Positions 38,180 to 53,015 of a stretch of 64,000 nt of DNA are shown piece after piece. The DNA lies in assembly GCA_905178155.1 (NCBI GenBank), contig CAJINV010000001.1, forward strand, positions 15,810,142 through 15,874,141, given 5' to 3'. Under the pieces are notes generated by a model that saw only the letters and a list, made by a program, of their open reading frames with translations, was not told where the DNA came from and did no database searches. This DNA is from Amoebophrya sp. A120. Lineage: Eukaryota > Protista > Dinoflagellata. A program made the position numbers and the translations under genes. The stretch's first letter is position 1. Each line of letters begins with the position of its first letter.

Positions 38180-39708
38180 CTTCGGCACAGCCAAGTAGCT
38201 GTTTGTTCTATCTACGGCGTCGAAAAATTCATCCTTTCTCTAGCTCCCGGCTCCACCGGCAGAGGCGCAGGAGAAAACAGCTCTCCGCTGCGGCGCTTCA
38301 TTTTCTACACTAGCTACTTTCTGCCGCGGCCAAGCTCTTCTACATGTAGATATGGGTATACGTCACGGGAGGAAGCATTCGCGACACCGGGGCCGGGGGA
38401 TCACCTAGAAATAAACTTCTGAAGATGTAGGGTAGGCGTATATGAATTAAAGCCTTGCTTGCTAAATCGAGAAAACATAGGATTTCGCATTCGGGTTCCT
38501 GTGGGATCTGAAATAGAGATAACAGACAGTGAAAGTCATGGTAGTTTCGAATGAAAGAAGTACTGAGATGGTTATTTAGATGTCGGCTGAAAAAACGAAA
38601 AAAACCGAGGAGATGATGGCACGACCGAGGATGAGAGATGGCGATGCTGAACGATTGTGCCAGGAGAAGGACGACCTGCTGCCACGATAACCGACGGTTT
38701 TGTTATTTGCTTCATTGTTCTTGATGCTGCACGGACCGACGAATTCTGGTTTTGTATCTTTCTAATGTACGTGGCTAGTCGTTGAACGTGTACCTGTACG
38801 AGTACGGAAAAAAACGAACGAAGAAACGAAGATCCTTTACGAAAAAAAGAACGGACAAACACAGTACATTCAGTGGTCAACACTGTAGTTTCTCCGCGCA
38901 GGTGGTCCCGGACTCGGGTACTATCCGTGGGACTAGAGAGTAAAAAGATGTAGAAAGTAGCGTGGTCGGAAACAATGGTTTGTACAAAGCATCCCTCATC
39001 CTCGCGTAGCTGCGTTCCGTCCGTGCTTCCTACTACCGTCTGATGCTCTGTCTAATATCCCTAGTATTGTAAAGTCCTATTTTTTTGTACACGTGCATTT
39101 TGAAAACCTTAGAAACAATATCGTCGGAGCACTCTCGTCGGTCCGGTAATTTTTCAATTTTAGCGCGTGGTGCTCGTCTTCTTGGTTCTGTGCAAGGTCT
39201 GTGGATAGGAAATTTCTGGTCCATAGTGTCTATGATCCTGCTCGGTAGACACGACTGTTTTGCGAACAAGAGGTGTTAAAGCGTCAAGATTTTTACCAGG
39301 TTTTACTAGTGTACTAAAAAGTCTGATGATGAAACGGTGATGAAACATGAACAGCCTGCTGTGATATCTGCTAAAAATGGGTCAATTACAGACTAACACC
39401 AATGCAACCTCGTCACGGTGCTAAAACTGCTATATCTGGATTACAACGAGCTGCGGTCTGATTGTCTGATTAAAAGGTTGTCAACAAGATTCAAAATTCA
39501 GAGGAACGTCAACTGCTAAACGGTTGTTATAATGAAGTCATAGTCATCCATAAACAAGAAAGTCAAGAAAGTGTGTAAAGACGGGTGCTCTGGTACCAAT
39601 AGTTTCGCCCTCCGCCAATTATGCTCCTCCTTGTTGCGCCCGGAGAACGGTGGAGAAACTTGACAAAAGGTTCAACATTTTTCTCCCTGCTGAAGCTGTA
39701 GAAACAAC

Positions 39709-40477
39709 TTACTTCTTCTTCATCGGGGTGGCGCCACGCTTGGGGGTCTTGCCCTTGGCTCCCTTCACGAAGACGGGCTTGTTGCCGGTCTTCACGACGT
39801 AGGCAACCAACAAGGTCAACACAACCTGGGTCATAGTGTATTTTGTTTTACATCATGTTCCACGTGAGGTAACCATTATAACACAATAAAATTGTACTTG
39901 CTCGTAGTCGTACTGTAGAATCCAGTTCATAAATCATTCTATATTCTCATTGCATGACGCGTGGGAACCAAAAATTACCTGGATGCCGGTCTGCACTTTC
40001 ATCATGAGGGTGTTGCCCTCCGGCATCGTCAGCGCATGAACGAACATGGCCAAGAACAGAGTGTTCGTGAACAAGATCTGCTTCATGAAGGACATCAAAG
40101 GCACATCGAAGAACTTCGGACCTGTATGTTGCGATTTGTTTCTGCGTGACAATGAATCCACGAGCGCAGACACAGTGCATGAAAAAAAAAAAGAAAACAC
40201 GGTAACTTCTTCTTGGAAGAAATTCCAAACCCATTGGGATCGGCACATATCAGAATCCAATAAGCTGCAACTTCTTACCAGCCAGCAGCGTCAGGTTGGC
40301 GATCCCGGCACCGCGGGCCCACCAGTCGCCCATGGGCGGCAGGGGCTTGGTCCAGTAGATCATCATGCCGCCCGGAGAGTAGGGTCCGAAGAAGTAATCT
40401 GCGCTGTACATCATCTGCAGTGAGAACATGCCGAACATGACGCACATGAACGTGTACAATTTCTGCCCGAGATCCAT
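39709..40477 (-). CDS. Small (~150 aa) multi-pass membrane protein with a basic C-terminal tail, 3 exons
   Basis: MDLGQKLYTFMCVMFGMFSLQ...ANLTLLAG|PKFFDVPLMS...TGIQ|VVLTLLVAYVVKTG...PMKKK*. Two GT-AG introns and strong G/C third-position bias. Confidence 0.75.
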
Positions 40478-41843
40478 CTTGGCGAATTTTTTGTTGATAA
40501 AGCTTACCAACAAAAGGTGTGCTGTTCTCCCTTATTTCTTTCCCTTTCGGGCTTTCTTGTCTTTTCCCCTAGTTTGTTTTGGTGCAGAAGCGCGATTTCG
40601 GCTGCAAGATGTTAAAGATGTTCCGAAAAGGTTGCGAAAAAAAAAAGATTGCGCGTTAGAGTTGGTGGTGATTGATTGAGAAGGTAGTTTTTGGTGCTCG
40701 GTACTAGTAGTACCTTGTTGATGGGCTACGTTTGTGCTTTCAACGACTATGCTTTTGTAAACCGCCTCCCGGGGGGATAACAGCTGCAGTCCTGCGATGA
40801 TTATTTTTTGCACTTGTTCCTTCTGTGTGCTGACGAGTCTCTATCAACGAGGCGATGTGTGTGGGTACGATGAACGGGGTAGGTCTATCTCACCAGCTCA
40901 ATTGGATAGTCGTGATAGTTCAAAATCCACCCTACGTATCTATGATGAGAATGGGATTATGGTAGGAGTGGCACGTAGACGCCCCGTCTTTCTCTCACGT
41001 CTATTGTTCGCAAAAAAAGAAGACCGACACCCATACGTTTTTCACTCAACGATGTAGCCGCGCATTTGGCCATAGAGTTCAGATATCTGCAGCTGTATAC
41101 ATTTCTGCAGCGACAGCGTTATAGTGAGTTACTAATTTACAGCCGACGTGTCATATTGAAAAGCTTCAGAGTCTTCATTCGAAAATCGCTCTGCGTGAAC
41201 ACTTAAGGCAGGTTTTCACAACATCTGCAGTACATTTCAGAATGAATTTCTTCCCGACTTTCGCTTATTTTCGTTGTTTTTTCATACTTGATCCACTCAC
41301 TGTATCTCAACTTCTGGTCGACGCTTAATGCAGCCTGTCAGAACGCGGTAGGTTCTTTCTTTCAATTTCCATTTTCTTCAGACGACTACTTACTTCCAGG
41401 ATCCATTCCTCGTAAGCAAGTATCAAATGTCATCTTCTCAACTGCACGCAAGAGTCCTGCCAGCGGTGTCAGTTCTGAAAGACAGTCGGCGACTGACAGA
41501 AGGGCTGCTTCGCGTCACAGGTAGGAAGTCAGCTGCTGCGACGAGCGTGGTGATATCGCTCTTTACGATGGAGCAAGCTGCGATCGGCAGGTCCGGCCTT
41601 GGAACCAGCTATATAATATTGGATATCACCAAGTACTGCCTGCTGCTGCTTCTCCTCATCCTCAAACAATATCTGTCGTGACTGCAAGTCAGGACGTGCA
41701 GCCAGTCGCCCAGGCAAAACGCCCTGCATCTCTGATCCAGTCTTAGTCCTCTTTTTGCAGGTGGGGGAGGAGGTAGAGTGTGCGGCGCAGCTCCGCCGCA
41801 GTAAGTAGCTTCCAAAGACTCTATTGCAGCTGCTCGAAGAGCA

Positions 41844-42110
41844 CTATTCACTCGGACGCCCCAGATCGAAGGGATATGTGAGTGGAAAAAGTAAAACAAC
41901 GCGTGCGATGCTAGAATCGAAATTCGCTGCGTGATTTCCTGGCCGCGGGGCTACCGCAGTAACTACAGCTCGCACTTCTTCGTCGAATATTCCGTGGCCC
42001 GCTTTGACATTGAAGGGATCCCGTTCCTGGCGCATGTTGGAACGCCCGCGGAAGATATCTTCACCTTCGTCGTCTAGAGGGGGGGCATCATCCGAGAAAT
42101 GAAGTCGCAT
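41844..42110 (-). CDS. Possible first exon of a short hypothetical gene
   Basis: ATG-initiated 88-aa ORF on the coding strand (MRLHFSDDAPPLDDEGEDIF...). Downstream exons could not be resolved. Confidence 0.3.
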   Translation of the reverse strand: MRLHFSDDAPPLDDEGEDIFRGRSNMRQERDPFNVKAGHGIFDEEVRAVVTAVAPRPGNHAANFDSSIARVVLLFPLTYPFDLGRPSE

Positions 42111-42228
42111 CGTAGCTGCCAGGAGATCAAATCATCAAGACCCATGCACCGCGTAATATCATGTGCAGATAATTGAAAAAGTCGCTGAAGAAAGGATGGT
42201 CGTGGACATCAAAGCACGTGGTTTCGTT

Positions 42229-44049
42229 TTAGAACACGAGCGTGCCGAGCATGGTGCCGAGGATTTCGAGCACATTTGTCGCGATTAACGACTCGGATTC
42301 CAGCTCTAGTCGCTTCTTCGCGTCGACTTTTCCCACGTTTTTCACGGCGATTTCGGTGGCGGTGAGCGTAAGTTCGTCCCGGATGGTCTCGTTGTAAGCC
42401 TTGGACAGCTTCGCGGTATCCTCCAGGCTCTTATCCGTTCGGTCGTGCTGGTCCGAGAATTTCCTGTGCGGATGGCGGATGAACGGTGGAGATAAATTTT
42501 ATTACAATATGGCCAGCAGATATCATAGGCACCAGTACTTATCTAAATCGACTGATGAAAGGGAGAGAAACCAGGACAAAAGCAAAACCAAAAGGCTGCG
42601 CAAGCAAAAAATATACTCGACTCTGAGCCCTTCGGTCCAGTCCTTCTTGCCTATGTGCAGCAGCATTTTCTGCTCCAAGTCGTTTTTTCGGTAGTTGATG
42701 CACAGGGAATAGTAATGCCTATTCAGCCCGTGGATAATCGCACTTATGCTGGGCTTGTTCAGGTGACCTGATACGAAGGGTTTGCTTCATATGCAACTCG
42801 GCCCGAAAGAGATTTCGTGATTCTGGTTTTCAAACTAAAAGTTTTCATGCACATGAAATACACTTTATCATCAACATCTTCATCCAAACTGAAAATAAAT
42901 GGTCGTTGCCGTTTGGCCTATACCAACGTTGCTCGTGGTTTGTCGCGGCTCTTGTCCGAGCATGAGCAGTTGCGGATTTATGAGTCGGAAGCAATCGATG
43001 ACGACCTGCAGTTGTGATTGGGTTCATGTCCGAAGTAAGGACAAATTTTGTTTGACGAAGACGACCAACTACCTGAGTAAGCACTTACTTACTTTCCACA
43101 CCCATGCAACATGCGCATGCGCTTGTTTTTGTTTTTCTGTGTTGCTATCACAAACACGTATTGATTTATCCTTCCGTTTACCTTCCCTCGCACGGACTGT
43201 ACTGGATCAACGACAATGCCGACCGCACGCGCATTCAGCTGTTCAAAACTCTGCTGCGTGTTGATGTCCGTTCCAGAAAACCAGCACCCGAAACCTGGGT
43301 GACTATGGTACCACCCGACGACCTGAAGTTGAGTGTTTTATTTCGCATCATAACGTCGTTGCGCCGCAGTTTCGGTTTATTCTTCTTGTGTCGTGGCAGC
43401 GTCATCAACCAAAGATTAAATAAAAAACCTGTCATGATTCTATCTGGAAAACGAGACCGTAATCTTTTTTTTTTGAACTTCTTTCTGAAAAATGAAAATG
43501 ATCCATCAGCATGACATAGATATTACCATTTCTTGTCGTCCGGTCTGCTTTAGCATGTCCAACATTTTTGTCTGGAAAACTGGGTCGACTGCTTCTACCG
43601 TCACACTGTTTCCGCTCTGAGGCATGGAGAAGACGTCTACTATTCTCACTGTGTAGTCGTCCACGAACTCACCCAGCATCAGACCCATCACCTAGATGAT
43701 TTTTTATTTTTACTCTAAATCTAACTCTTTAGCATGGTGCATAAGCAAGAAAGGATTTCAGATTTTCATTCTGCAAGTATCAGTTCCAGTTGCGTATACG
43801 CACGCGAAAACCTATCAATGAACCGTACTGCTCTGCTTGAAAATAAGTGATTTTTCCACTCACCTCCATTGGTATGCCCGCGCGACCGTGTCGGAGCATT
43901 TTCAAGAGTGCGAGACTACTGACGTACACCTGTTCGCTTGTATCTGGCTTCGAGACCGCTTCCTGTTGGGGCGCACCACCGCCTCCTCCGCCGCCCTGCA
44001 TCTGCCCCAGCAGTTGCTGCAGGTTAAAGCCGCCGCCTTGGCCTGCCAT
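42229..44049 (-). CDS. RPN11: 26S proteasome lid deubiquitinase RPN11/PSMD14 (JAMM/MPN+), 6 exons
   Basis: [83 protein letters not shown] (JAMM HxH...D), [12 protein letters not shown] and [21 protein letters not shown]. Five GT-AG introns. Confidence 0.96.
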
Positions 44050-45467
44050 GATGCTCTGACTTTGTCGCTAGGGGCTATGAATCAATTTGCTTCGATGGCG
44101 GTGATTTCTCGTGAATAAATTCTACTTTCAAAAAACAGGTAGATGACCACGTGGTACAAAGGCGAAGCTCAGCATCTTATTTTTAGGTTCTTTTTCTTTA
44201 TCGCGAATCATCAAAGTAAGTTTCAAAATTTCTATACGAGGTGGTGTCGCTGAAACGGAGAATCAAGCTATTTAGTCAGTCTTACTGTTACTCCCTACTA
44301 GCCTACAACAACGCTACTACATGCGCTACAGCTATTTAAAGTCTGGCTCTGGCACGAACATAGCTAGGCCATAAACTACCGGCTGATAAGATCGTCTCCG
44401 CTTTCTTGCTCTTCATCTGCCTGACAAACGATACTACTAGAAAAGATCTCCGTCTTCAGTCATACTCGTTATTCGTGGATCCTTCTGATTCGCAACTAAT
44501 ATCACGCTGCGCAGACACGCAGCCTTGCTAACAACGCCGAGAACATATTTTCCTTCTAGGGGTTGCAAGCTCCTGCTCAATCTGCAGAGAGAGCAGCGCA
44601 GCGCAGTGACGCTCTCGTAGTTGTCTTTTTTTTGCTTATGATTTTGATTTCTTTATCTTTGGTTCTTTTTGATACAACCTTCCCCGATGCAGTGTGAGGT
44701 TCAAGAATGGATAGTTTGTTGCCTGGTGCCAAAGGACTGAGCTCGAACGTCGAGCGAATCCCGAAAGCAGTTATGTTGAATAAAGTTCACTTCTACTTAT
44801 TCATTGCGATCCGACCAACGATCATCTTCCTCCCCCTTCCAGATTGACATCCACTGAAATTGTTGCCTGCGGCTCCGCAGAGTATCAGGATCACTGGTGC
44901 TGTACTTGAGTACTGCTTTGTTGATGTAGACTTGCAGAAGTGCGCCGGGACGCACGATCTGCAAGTGTAGAGAGAATCTGACAATTTTTGATGCGTGCCC
45001 GATGTGTACTACAGGACTGCCGTGGTAGTGCAGCTAAAAGTTGTTCCAATGTCCCAGAAGTTGTTCTTAGCTCGTTGTCCGAAGTAACGGCCAGTCAAGT
45101 TTTCTTTTTCTGCTGAAGCCAGAAGAAAGCCACAAGCTGTTATTTTCATTTTGTGAAGAAGGAAAAGCGACGTAGGAAGCAGAAGTCGGTCCGGTGGACT
45201 CCCAGAGAGACTGCCCTCGGCATTGCTAGAAATCCGAAGCTGTGGTCCGGAGGCGACCAGGCGGCTCGATTGCTCTTGAATGTAGTGTCATGATGAACGA
45301 GACGAATCCAGTTCCAAAGGCGCTGTGTCGTGGCGCGTTTACCTGTATGTAGAGTTTTTACAAAAAGGATTTATATCGCACCACCCAGAAACAGCGACAA
45401 ACTGTGAGTATCAATGTCACGCTTACGGCTTCTCATAAAAGTAAAATGTGTCTAAGTAAAGCCATTT

Positions 45468-46107
<640 letters not shown>

Positions 46108-47254
46108 TTACTAGACGGTCCTGTCTAGTAACAACTACCGAGAGAACCAGAACTTGATTTGACAATACGTAGATCTTTATTCCTGGTGGAAACTACAAAG
46201 TCGTGCTGTTCTAATCAGTATCTTTTCTGTGAAAATCGAATACAATTACAACCTAGTCAAAGCTCAACATCAACGTGCAAATATTTCTTCGATTCCTAAT
46301 CCTATTGGAGTTGGAATTAACAGTAAAAATGCGAAACAGGTTATGGAGCTCCTTCTTTATTCTTTAGTACACAACGATAGATCGTCTGCGAATAGTACAA
46401 AATCTTCCAGGATTAAATCATAGTAATCAGGTGCGTGAGAATGAGTATGAGATGAATGAGTTTCCTGCAGGTGATTACAACAGATTGAAGCTTCGTTGGA
46501 CCACTTGGGTCGACACTCCGTGAGAAAAAAACGAACCAGTCCGACCTCCACCTCGTTAGTTTCTTTCATGTTAAATTCTTGATTTCAATTTCTTAAATTC
46601 GGCGCGGTCATTCGTCATAACTTATGTTTCAGCTCCTCTAACTATATGGTGGATATCTGGCTCTTCTAATGGATTCAGAATTGTTTTGTGGATTTTAGTT
46701 GTTGAGAGTGGATCTCTATTCATGTCTCGCTGCATTTTCAGCCTTGAAATCGATTTTTTTTGATTTAATCGTGGACTTTTATTTCGTGTGGGTCAACCTC
46801 GAAAGGCTGAGTGGTCGCATTGTCCGCACAAAAAACACCGAAGCCGATTACAATTTGAATCTCGAACATGCTTCTACTTCAAGTGTACTGGAGTGGGTGC
46901 AGCATTTTCATTTTCATGCCTTTGCGTGCCTGTGTTTGATACTATTTACATGGGAATTATCAATTCCGTGCTGGTGCGTGGTCTGAAAAAATGCCCGATG
47001 AGTGTGTGTGTGAGTCCATTGAAAAGTTCTTTGAACATTACTCCACCAGGGACAGGAACAAAGGTGAGGGAATGGATACTTTTACAACTATGAGCATCAT
47101 GCTGATGTTGTCGCGTGTACATTCAAAACTAGAAAATGGGGGAGATGAGATCATACAAAAAACCGCTTCAGTGACAAAGATAATCCGGATCCGCCTTCCT
47201 TATTTACAAAAGTCTACAGCGGTCCGAAAGACGATATATATCGACGAAATCGTC

Positions 47255-48635
47255 CTATTTGTATTCCTCTTCGATAGCAAGTATTTTCGCCCTGGAGTCT
47301 TGCAAAGCTTCCAAGCCGTCTGTCCTTGCAAAGAGCGTGTTCGTTGTTGCCCGGTTGTTGAACCCTCGCTGCTTGTCCGGCCCGAAAACGGTCCCCCGTG
47401 GCCGCCAGGGCCGCGTTTCGGTTTCATCGGGAAACATCGACACATAGGGCACACCGTATGCTCCTGGACCTGTTTTTCAATTTCACAAGACGACAGTGCT
47501 GCATTAACGAAAAATTTTCTCCGATGCACTTTCTTTCATCAATCTATACACTTCCGCACACCAGCACTCCTCAAAAAAGAAACTGCTCAGCATCGCATGT
47601 CGATGTACATGTAGACTAGATGTAGCATCTACATCTTCATATGGTCGGAAAAATAATAAGCTGCATCGATAAACAGATGCATTTAAGTACTTACCAGGTC
47701 TCCAGTCGAAGCCCGATTTTCCTTTCCACCTCTCGTCCATGGTAAACCCAACGGACGACGCGAGGCGAAACTTCGACACGGGTTCTTTCACTCTCTTCGG
47801 GTCGATCTCCCCAATCCGCTCCACATTGTACCGCCCCGGACCTGTTTGTCATTGACATTGTCGACAGTTGATCCTGCGAAAAACACGATCCAGATCCTCG
47901 AACTCCCACTATATATCTCTATTACACTCAAACTCATAGCATCCAAGAAAGTGAAAGATTTGACTCATGCACACATTGGCACCGTTGTATTCCAAAAAGT
48001 TACTGAGTCCACTGAAGATGAAACATGAATACCAACGAGCGGCGGCATCTCGCTGCCCTCGTGGATCGGCTTCCGGTGGTTCAGGGACATGAAGTCGCCT
48101 CGGAATCGCCTCCCCTTGCGTCTCTTTGGAACTTGACTCGCGTCGAAGCCGGCGAAAACGTCAAATTTTTCCAATACCAAACCCGGCGTTGATGCGGGCT
48201 GCGGAACCGAACGGTTTCGTGCTACGTGCTTGTTGCTCTTCACGTCCAGCTGTAAAATAATTCGAGAGCGGAAAATTGCTAAAGTGGAACTAGTGCAGCT
48301 TGGTGTGAAGCGTACTAGTCTATTTGCTTTTGCTCAAAGATCATATAGAACCGTCTAAAGAACAGGAAGTAGAAGGAGCGAATTCGAATGCACCCTCTGC
48401 GCTATCAAAATCTCAAAAATCACAATCAGATAGAAAACTACTTTACCCATGTCCCCCAGGTTTCTATCGCGCTGAGTAGTGGCTTGGTTTCACCTGGATT
48501 CCTCGTTCTGGTTGTAGTGGCTAACCTGGCCATCCTTTTTTTGATTTTTTCATCTGCCTCGCCTTCCTTGTTTTTCGCCGGGGAGAGGTGAAAGGAGATC
48601 AGCTGCTCCGTTTCCCGAGAAGGACGAGATGTCAT
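47255..48635 (-). CDS. SHIPPO1/ODF3-like PGP-repeat protein (probably flagellar), 4 exons
   Basis: Spliced product contains PLVGPGRYNV and RPGPGAYGV, which match the PGPGxY sperm-tail repeat. Three GT-AG introns keep the frame. Start is tentative. Confidence 0.65.
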
Positions 48636-49518
48636 CTTCTTGTTTCAGCTTTCGAATCCGAAGAACGTTGCGAATCTTTGACGTCGTGTGTTGACAAACG
48701 GGAAAAGTCAAAGCTTTTTCAGGTAGCAATGGCACGGCAGAGCAGAACTATTTCGGAAATAGGTTAGTGGCAGTACTTATTCTCGCTAGAAGAAGTACCA
48801 TCAATCTTCAGTGGGTTCCTGTTGTATGACATTCAAGGTCAAGTACAATGAAGAATGCTAGTACGGTTAAAGCGACGATCCGAACGAATGTATGAGTGAG
48901 AGAAGCAACATGATGTTCCCCGACCGTAAACGACCTGAACGAGTGTCAATCCCCATGAACTACTTGTTGGTGATGTTGAACGATTTTCTTTTTCGGAGAC
49001 AGCGAACGTCCGCTTCTCTTGACTGTGTACGATTCACGAGGTTTTTCGATTCCAGACTAGGCGATTAGCGGAACACATGTGAAGCTGTGGAGCGACCGAT
49101 GCAGTACACGCACTTGCTTCTGATGCGGGATTGATAAAATCCTTCTTCTCGTTTCTTCAGTGATGAGAATGACACTCACACGACAAACAAGCATACATTC
49201 GGTTTCTAAACTGCCTATTAATTACTTAGGTACTACTTACGTCACCTGCGCCGCTCAGTGGTGAAGTCGTAACTTATGCATGTACAGTTCGTTGTGTCTC
49301 TCTCAGTGGTTAAGTACGACCGATTGATTCATGCAGCATCACATAAAATTTTCCTGGCGAGTCAAACTCAGAGCCATCAACAAAGATTGGATACAGTGAA
49401 AGCATCTAGCAAGCTGCAACATAGCTTGTCTCAAACTACAGTTTATCTTTTTAGAAACTTGCATCAACACACGACGTGCTGCTCGTGCTCTCCCAAATGG
49501 CGTCCGACTAACTATAGT

Positions 49519-51565
49519 CTATAACGCCCGTAGGTGCTGCACGCGGGTCGGGGAGAACAGCCGGCCCTTGATGGGCACCCCTTTCAAATGCTGGAACTGA
49601 CTCCGGTACAGAATGGCGTCGCATTCGTGCGCGGAAAAGTGATTCGATCGCAGCACCTTTCGCGCCAGCAGTTTCACGTGCGCCATGCACTCGTTTTGCG
49701 GCAGGGGGACAAAGTATTCGCCAATGTTTTTGATGCTCTTCAGGAGGCGGTGGTTGGCTGGATTATCCAGACTGTCTGGGGTATTTTCTTGTTCGTTGCC
49801 TGCCCCGCCCTCCTGCCCAGTGGTGCTGGTTCCCGCGCCTTGCGCAAATGCTGCTGACGTCCCCGATGCAGAGGTGCCGGTGGCTGGGGACAGCTGGTTC
49901 TGCTGATTTCCATCGACAGAGAAGCCACCGTCGGGCTTTACTTTGCTGTTCGAACGGCGGAAAAAGAGCGAAGTTTCCCCGCAGAACACGCAGTCCAAGC
50001 CCGTGACGCGGAGCAGTGGCAGGACGACCGGGCGAAAGATAAATTTTCCCCACATTACACTCAGAGTGCCTTCCTCCTCCGACGGCTCGGCCAATATGCG
50101 AATCAGCGTCTCGCGCAGCTCATTTGTGGCCCGGTGTACCGACTTCTTCAAGCTTCGCAGCAACGAATCGTGGCGCAGATCGTTCTCGCCATGATCGCCA
50201 GAAGTACTATCCTGCTCCGTGGACAATGGATCGTCCGGATTCACGAAGTCCAGCACTGGCCGCAGCACCTCGTGTAAAGCTGCCGACACCGCAAGAAACA
50301 CCGAGGTCCAGCTTCCGTCGGATTGTACGCGCTCTTTAGAAGGAGCTCCTGCTGATGTCGTAGTACTTCCAGTAGGGGTTGCAGTTTTCGCGTTTATCTT
50401 CCCGTCGGCTATTCCCCCACTCGACGCTAATCCTGCAAGCTCACCGTCCTCGGTGCCGGAAGAAGTAGCACTACTAGAGGCAGAACTACCCGCTTTGTTA
50501 TTTTTCCCGCTATTGTTCCCACCCTGCTTGGAGTCTTTCCCCTTCTTCTTCGAGGTATTGTTATTCTTTTTGTCTTGCTTGGTCGATGCCACGGCGGCGA
50601 CCGCTGCTACGTCGTCGGTCTCGGTTGCGCTGGACGCGGTTCCGTCGGCGTCCGACGCGGAGGTTGAGTGATTTTCGGGATAGATTTTCTCAAAATCTAT
50701 CAACGCTGCGGTCTTCGATGTAGCAGTCGATTTGGAGGAATTCACTTGAAGCGAAGACAACGGTAGGCGCAACAGCAAATCCCGGCACGCTCTGATTCCA
50801 TACTCGTTGTTCCAGTAAAGCCCGACAAGTTCGGCTCTTTGCTTGTCGGTCAACGCACGAATCACCTGCTCCAGCTCCGACGCCATGCCGTCGACCTGAA
50901 TTCATTTCATTCCAACATTCAGTCTACAATTCAGTGCGCTGCCGCTGCCGAAATGCTAGCTTCTGCTAACTGAAAATAAAAGCTACACAAAAACTTCTGA
51001 GTGGATTTTCCGTTTTCGATTTCATTCTTTCATCAAGCATAGAAGTTGAAGTACATCAAGGACAATCTACCAAGCAAAGCATCGTACGAAAAAATATGCT
51101 GAAGACTACTAGTACCTCTTCCTGCGGAAACGGCATGTCCAACAGATTGATCTCTTTTGCGTGAAGACAGAGAATCCGGTCGAGCCGCGCTTGGTTGCGG
51201 TCCACCTGAGAACCCCCTCCCGTGCCGAACACCGCCGCATCCTTGCTCGCGAGTTCTTCCGGCGACAGCCGGTACTCGTGTATCAATTGATCGGCCTTGT
51301 CCGTCTCCCCAGCCGCCTGCGGGGACTCGCGCAGCTTCTTCAGGCGGCGTTTCCTCAACTTCCGCCACAGCTTCGACGAGTCTAGCAGGCTGGCCTCAGA
51401 GGAACCCTGTTGTTCCGCATTCAAAGCTTGCGCTTCGGCCTGCTGGGACGCAAGCAGGTAATCCTCTAGGTACACCGAGACCGTGAAAATGATTGCCAGC
51501 AGAATAAACATCCACCCGATCCAGCTGTGCGGCCAAGAATTGAACAACCACGCGATCACGTTCAT
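49519..51565 (-). CDS. Hypothetical protein with an N-terminal transmembrane anchor, 2 exons
   Basis: MNVIAWLF...WMFILLAIIFTVSVYL; the exon ending PFPQEE joins VDGMASELEQ of the 455-aa ORF via a GT-AG intron. Confidence 0.7.
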
Positions 51566-51724
51566 GATTTCGTTCGAAGTGAGCAAGCGAGAAACCGAAG
51601 CAAAAAAACCCAAACAGAGAAAGAAAAAAAAGCCTGGAAAAAGCGACTTTTTGTTTTTTAAATAACGCTAGATTTGTTGCTTTGTACCCTACGGTGTATT
51701 AAGGTCGCGCCCGGAGGGCGATAT

Positions 51725-53015
51725 TGGTAACCAAATGCGTGCGCGAAAATCTAACCAGCGCGAAGGCCCACCAACCTTTTTCTAACATCGCCGCGGCCCG
51801 CGCCGCGAAAGCGCGGCCCTGCGGGCCGCGCTTTCGCCGCGCAGCCGCCGCCAGAAACGAGAAAAAGCACCATTTATTTTTAGTTTCTAGATTCCCACTT
51901 CTTCTTCTTGGGCGGACAACTACTGTCGCCCGCGGCGGCCCGCAGGCTCCTGCGATAAGCATTGAAGGCGAAATCCGGTCTGCTATTGCGCAGCGGGGCA
52001 TCCTTTCTCGCCCCCTGCATGACAAACTGGCCACCTGGCCAGGAAGATATGTGGCCGGGGGGGGGCAAGCCCCCCCCGGACCCCCCCCATCCTCCTTCGC
52101 AGCGGGGCATCCTTTCGATGCCCCCTGANNNNNNNNNNNNNNNNNNNNNNNNNNNNNNNNNNNNNNNNNNNNNNNNNNNNNNNNNNNNNNNNNNNNNNNN
52201 NNNNNNNNNNNNNNNNNNNNNNNNNNNNAACAAGGTAGCCTTTTCTGAGGGCCACTATGCCGTCCCGCATAACGTTCTGCACGAGGGCACGCTGGCCAGG
52301 TAAAATGCATGAATTTCAAAAAGTGACGCGCTTCTGTTTATTTCCGGCTGGCCTTTTGGGCCACCCAGATCGGGCTTTTCCAAGCGGGAGAAGGGTTCCA
52401 GTTTGCGACCTCAGAGAGGTCGAAAACCGTGCCCGTGTGACACACCTCCACAGGCTTGATAATTGTTTTTTCTTCGCCCAATCCCGGTGGTATGGGCCTG
52501 CGGAAAATTTTGCGAACCCCTTTTGAGCGGCAATTTTCAAGCGGCTTTTGCTTTTTCACAAAAAAGTGACATTTTCAATTACCAAGCGGCTTCCTAGGAC
52601 TGGAGAAAATCGGTAAATTTTGTCGGCCGCTTGTATGCTGCGAAAAATTGCATTTTTTCAACGCTTTTTTTCAATTTTCAAGCGGCTGGAGCTGCCCGGA
52701 GGTGACGCGTTTTCCGCTAGAAAACCCTTCACACCATCGGCCCTAGCCGAAAACGCCGCGCTCTTTTTTCAGATTCAGACCGGGCGGAGCTGCAAAAGTG
52801 CTCTTTTTTACCCTTTTCCCACTTGATAATTGCTGTTTTGGCTGCTTTCGATGAAATTCCCAGAAATTCTGCCCGATTCGCTTTCTGAAGGCAAAACACA
52901 CTTGATAATGCCCGATTTTTCCACCGATTGCATACCCCCGAGTTCCTCCCATATGGTAACGGCAAAGCCTTCGCGCTGCAGCCTTCGCGAGCGCTTGCGC
53001 ACGCTTTGGTTACCA
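51725..53015. mobile_element. Putative non-autonomous DNA transposon bounded by TIRs and spanning an assembly gap
   Basis: Left TGGTAACCAAATGCGTGCGC...CAGCGCGAAGGC versus right end reverse complement TGGTAACCAAAGCGTGCGC...CAGCGCGAAGGC. Internal direct repeats at 51989-52007/52098-52116 and 52531-52546/52672-52687. No clear target-site duplication. Confidence 0.6.
52129..52228. other. Assembly gap (100 N)
   Basis: Run of exactly 100 N, typical of a placeholder for a gap of unknown size. Confidence 0.99.
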
